This document shows positions 25,926-29,447 of a DNA stretch of 29,447 bases, piece by piece (position 1 is the first letter of the stretch; every line of letters begins with the position of its first letter). Location of the stretch: positions 1 through 29,447 of the IMG/VR virus record IMGVR_UViG_3300030708_000696; one strand, written 5' to 3'. The DNA is from a virus. Lineage: Duplodnaviria; Caudoviricetes. The translations under genes were made by a program, and so were the position numbers. The notes beneath the pieces are model-generated. The model did not search any database. It worked only from the letters and a program-made list of their open reading frames with translations, and had not been told where the DNA came from.

Positions 25926-28187
25926 TTATTTTTGTTCTTTGTACTCTTCTTTTAAATGAAGTCCATAATCTTCTATTATAGCATCTATAAGACCATTAAT
26001 AGCGTATCCAGCTGCCTGCTCTGTTGCATAAGTTCCATCGCCGAGTGTTTCAAAAGAAGAAGTATTACCACCTTCAGTCCCTCTTTGCATACGTGCTGCG
26101 AATCGTATCTTATATGGCTCAGCTCCTGGAACTCTTTCTATATAAGCTTCAAACTCTCTATTTAGAAGGTCTAAGCCTTGCTCATTTAGATACATATCTA
26201 GTTGTTCATTAAATATAGCTTCCATTTGAGGTAGCATAACTATTGCGCCATCAGGCGCTTGTGCTATATTTCTTATTTGATCCTTATCTATACCTGTATA
26301 TTCTTTATAGTCAGGATTAAAGTCTTTCATTATACCACTATTTACAAGTGAGCTTTGAAATTGAGCTTCAGGAACTCTAACTCTGTATGTAAGGGACGGA
26401 GCATTTACTCCAGTTCCTTTTGCTTTTATTTGTACCCCTCTATATTCTTCTCCGTTTATCTTTACAGGATACTTTTCGAAACCTGATATTAAAGCATTAC
26501 TAATAGCACCTATGTTTTCTCTCTTTTCAAATTTACCAGCTTCCTCTCTAAATACTCCTCCTTCATTTAAATCAGGACTTGTAAGAATATTTAAAGCTAG
26601 GGTGTTTTCTTTAGCTGCTTTTGTATCATCTACAGTAATAAGTTCTACCTGCTGATCTATTCTATTACGCATATTTTCTATGTTATCTTTAAAAGATCCT
26701 TGCGCTGTTTCTCTTGCATCTAGTAAAACATTATTAGTACTTGCTAGTCTATTTTGTAACCTTCTCAGATCGTACGTAAGATCATTAGATTCAGAAAAGC
26801 TGCTAGTTTTACCTTTAATTGCATCATCGATCCATGCATAAGGGTTGGCATACCATGGAAAGTCAATTCTTTCCATATTTACTGACCCATCTTCTTTTAA
26901 AAAGTATTCTTCAAATAAAGAATTATAGTTATTATTACCTTTTCCTTCTACTTCAAGAGCATTTGCAGCATTTCTTAATTGATTTGTAAAATTAATTTCT
27001 TCACCTTCATCTGTTCCCTTTCTTGCAACATCTATAAGACTGTTGTAAAAGAATTTATCAGCATCGCTTATATTCATACTCATTATCTCATTCTTCATGT
27101 CTGCAGAAGAATTTGTTGTTAGATTATCAAACAAAGGATACTGAGTTATAGGTGGTGTATTAGTTTTAAATGAACTAGGCGCTTTAGGCGGATCTCCATC
27201 ATCAGATCCGTCACTTGTTGGCCCTACTTTAGGGAACGATTTAGTAACTAATTGTTCAGGTATATCTAGTAGCTCAGACACACCCATTAACATTGTTTCA
27301 AATCCTTTTTGAGCATCTGTAGGTTGGTCTGGATACAAAGCATTGTTAGCCATTGCTCCTTGCTGAAAGTACTGCATCATTCTAGGATCTTGCACAGCTA
27401 AAGCTCCTAGTGCATTTGCAATTTTAAATTTATTTTTACGTTTAGTTTTTTCCATACTAAATATAGGTAGCCCACCGTTTATATTTGGGTCAGGTACATC
27501 CCACCCCTGTGGTAAACTATTTATATACTCTTGTACTTCTTCTGGTGCATACTCTGGATCTGTTCCATTAGCTATACTATCTATTCTATTTTGTATATCA
27601 TAAATATTTTTTCCTCCTGCATTGTATAGATCGTACACGCCTTCTATGTTTACTTCTTCGGGAACTTTAGCTCCAAGAGCAAGCAATTGATCTCTCACTT
27701 CTTTTGCATTTAAATCTACAAAAGGCATTCCTGTGTAACTAGCTCTTGCTCTAGACCCACCCATGGAATCAAACTGTAAATCAGATTGCATTTTTAAATA
27801 GTCTGCTACTGCAGGATCTAAATCTGACTTGTCGACTTCTTCGTAAAATTTTTGTTTTGCTTCTCTATTAGAATCTATAATAGAACCAGCTTGTGTAATT
27901 TTACCAAGTTGATTTCTTAAAAAACTAGATGTTTCTATTAAGTTGCCTCCTGTGTTTTCTAATGCTTGTTGGAATTCTGATGTAAATGCAGTACCTAAAT
28001 CTCTAATGTACTCTTGGTCTCCCGCTGTACCGCCAGCAGTTCCTAGCATGCTTTCTATGTCTGTAATATCATCTTCCGCCGCATCAAAAGCTCTTTGACG
28101 TTGCAGATTAGATTGAAACAATTCTTTAAATGGTACAGGAACGTATGCGTCTCCTACTGTACCTATAAATCTTCCTCGTCTAGCCAT
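25926..28187 (-). CDS. Putative virion cargo/ejection protein (753 aa)
   Basis: Acidic, helical protein. The N-terminal YVPVPF.EL.....Q...FD pattern is one I associate with proteins upstream of crAss-like RNAP genes. TAATG-coupled to the upstream gene. Confidence 0.6.
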   Translation of the reverse strand: MARRGRFIGTVGDAYVPVPFKELFQSNLQRQRAFDAAEDDITDIESMLGTAGGTAGDQEYIRDLGTAFTSEFQQALENTGGNLIETSSFLRNQLGKITQAGSIIDSNREAKQKFYEEVDKSDLDPAVADYLKMQSDLQFDSMGGSRARASYTGMPFVDLNAKEVRDQLLALGAKVPEEVNIEGVYDLYNAGGKNIYDIQNRIDSIANGTDPEYAPEEVQEYINSLPQGWDVPDPNINGGLPIFSMEKTKRKNKFKIANALGALAVQDPRMMQYFQQGAMANNALYPDQPTDAQKGFETMLMGVSELLDIPEQLVTKSFPKVGPTSDGSDDGDPPKAPSSFKTNTPPITQYPLFDNLTTNSSADMKNEIMSMNISDADKFFYNSLIDVARKGTDEGEEINFTNQLRNAANALEVEGKGNNNYNSLFEEYFLKEDGSVNMERIDFPWYANPYAWIDDAIKGKTSSFSESNDLTYDLRRLQNRLASTNNVLLDARETAQGSFKDNIENMRNRIDQQVELITVDDTKAAKENTLALNILTSPDLNEGGVFREEAGKFEKRENIGAISNALISGFEKYPVKINGEEYRGVQIKAKGTGVNAPSLTYRVRVPEAQFQSSLVNSGIMKDFNPDYKEYTGIDKDQIRNIAQAPDGAIVMLPQMEAIFNEQLDMYLNEQGLDLLNREFEAYIERVPGAEPYKIRFAARMQRGTEGGNTSSFETLGDGTYATEQAAGYAINGLIDAIIEDYGLHLKEEYKEQK

Positions 28188-29446
28188 TATCTTTCATTTA
28201 AAATATTAGTGTAATACGAATCTATGTAACTAGTAGGTCCTCCCATAGCGCTTACTGAAGGAGTATTTAACTGACTTAAATAATCGTATACTTGTCTTTG
28301 TAATCCCATTTGATCAAAGTTAGTAGTTCCTGTAGCAGAAAATTTAATAGGATCCCAAAAATCAGTTTGTAAATTAGTAGAAAATTGTTGCAACCCTTTA
28401 GCTTTTTGTGCTGCATCCATTTGCTCTTGAGCTAAATTAAATTTCAATTCTTGAAGCCCTAATTGACTATCTAATTTATCATAACCAAATCCTAACCTAT
28501 CCATCATAGATTTATCTCTGAGAGCTAGCTGGCTTATGTTTTCATATGCCTTACCTCTTTGTCTATCAGATTTTGCACCTACAGCAATTTTACTTGCTAA
28601 ACCTCTTCCCCCAGTTACACCGCTTTGACCTATTTCTCTCATTAAATTAGCCTCACTATCCCCAATACTTTTTAAGTATCTTTCTAGTAAAGGATTAAAG
28701 TCCATCCTTTCCATTTTATTAACTGGTCTGTCTACTACTATAGGGTCTGATTTTGGAGCAAATAAATTAGCGATTGCAGGTATGTATTTTGCATACTGCA
28801 CAGACTTAGGTATACCTCCCTCTGGTAAATATTTAGAAAAATCTGTAGGTATTTCAGGTGGTGTATCTCCGCCATCATTGTATGGCATATATCTACCACC
28901 GTATGCCATTCCTGACATAGCTGGATCTTCAGCTGATCTTTCTTTAGTTATATAATAATTATATTTACCATCTTGGCCTTGAGTCATTACTGGGTCTGAA
29001 AAGTTTGGTGTAAAGCCAAATTGATCTGCATATTGTCTTGCTAAAAAGTTAGCTTTTTTCATAGCAAGACTATAATCTGAACTATTACCTACAAAAGTAG
29101 TATCAGAGGGAGTGGCAGTTGTCCAAGACTGATAATCATATTCTGTAGCTCTGTTCTTTCTTTTCTTTTTATCGCCCATACTCATTCCGTATGCAGCTAT
29201 TTTATTACCTGCGCTATCTATTCCTTTCATTTGTTTATATTGTTCTCCACTTTTTTCTAGCGTTATTAAATCATTATCTAACTCAGCCATTTTTAATGCT
29301 TTAGTATTTACATCTTCTTTTGCATTTCCAAAAGCCTCTAATTTCTTTTTTAATTTAGCAATGTTTTCAGCAACTTGAGCATTATTTTTAGCGTTGTATT
29401 TTTTTCCAAGTGCAGGGTCAGATAAGAATCTTTTACTGTGTATGTA
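28187..29446 (-). CDS. Putative virion cargo/ejection protein, C-terminal >=419 aa (5'-truncated by window edge)
   Basis: The frame stays open for 52 codons upstream of the track's ATG 29290 (YIHSKRFLSDPALGKKYNAKNNAQVAENIAKLKKKLEAFGNAKEDVNTKALK-MAEL), so that Met is probably internal. Contains MAYGG/YNDGG/SAMGG motifs and a Gln/Ala-rich coiled C-terminus. Confidence 0.7.
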   Translation of the reverse strand, partial: YIHSKRFLSDPALGKKYNAKNNAQVAENIAKLKKKLEAFGNAKEDVNTKALKMAELDNDLITLEKSGEQYKQMKGIDSAGNKIAAYGMSMGDKKKRKNRATEYDYQSWTTATPSDTTFVGNSSDYSLAMKKANFLARQYADQFGFTPNFSDPVMTQGQDGKYNYYITKERSAEDPAMSGMAYGGRYMPYNDGGDTPPEIPTDFSKYLPEGGIPKSVQYAKYIPAIANLFAPKSDPIVVDRPVNKMERMDFNPLLERYLKSIGDSEANLMREIGQSGVTGGRGLASKIAVGAKSDRQRGKAYENISQLALRDKSMMDRLGFGYDKLDSQLGLQELKFNLAQEQMDAAQKAKGLQQFSTNLQTDFWDPIKFSATGTTNFDQMGLQRQVYDYLSQLNTPSVSAMGGPTSYIDSYYTNILNER

Positions 29447-29447
29447 A

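Noticed and set aside
9937-26212. Plus-strand ORFs opposite the virion genes (e.g. 17662-18234, 22207-22710)
   Set aside because: Their Ser/Phe/Leu-rich composition is what antisense reading of Lys/Glu-rich genes produces.
1-29447. Stop-codon reassignment (TAG or TGA), known in some crAss-like phages
   Set aside because: Standard-code ORFs tile the window almost completely, including 5151 uninterrupted codons, and both TAG (3629) and TGA (9113) end genes at plausible places.
29291-29447. Apparent intergenic region upstream of the 367-aa ORF
   Set aside because: It is open and in frame with that ORF up to the window edge, so it is most likely coding.
1-29447. CRISPR array, tRNA genes, integrase or transposase
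   Set aside because: No regularly spaced repeats, no non-coding space large enough, and no recombinase or transposase motifs were seen.

Overview
AT-rich, densely coding fragment of a lytic dsDNA phage that looks crAss-like (Crassvirales-related), with a probable Bacteroidota host. It uses the standard bacterial genetic code and has two convergent modules that meet at a hairpin near 9842-9862. The plus strand (1-9793) carries replication, recombination and repair genes: DnaB-type helicase (5'-truncated), Sak4/AAA_24-like ATPase, putative SSB, DnaG-type primase, RusA-like resolvase, PD-(D/E)XK exonuclease, rIIA, rIIB and a family-1 uracil-DNA glycosylase. The minus strand (9867-29447) carries virion cargo genes: a 5'-truncated protein, a 753-aa protein, a single 5151-aa ORF, a 54-aa ORF missing from the track and a 146-aa beta-rich protein. 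The 5151-aa ORF contains a single-chain two-barrel virion RNA polymerase (RIP...DFDVD) and a zincin HExxH domain. It looks like a polyprotein: an AD(Y/F)SI motif occurs at residues 1536 and 4001 and brackets the polymerase plus protease. An exact in-frame 16-nt direct repeat also flanks the zincin domain. All family assignments come from motif recognition by eye; no database search was run.
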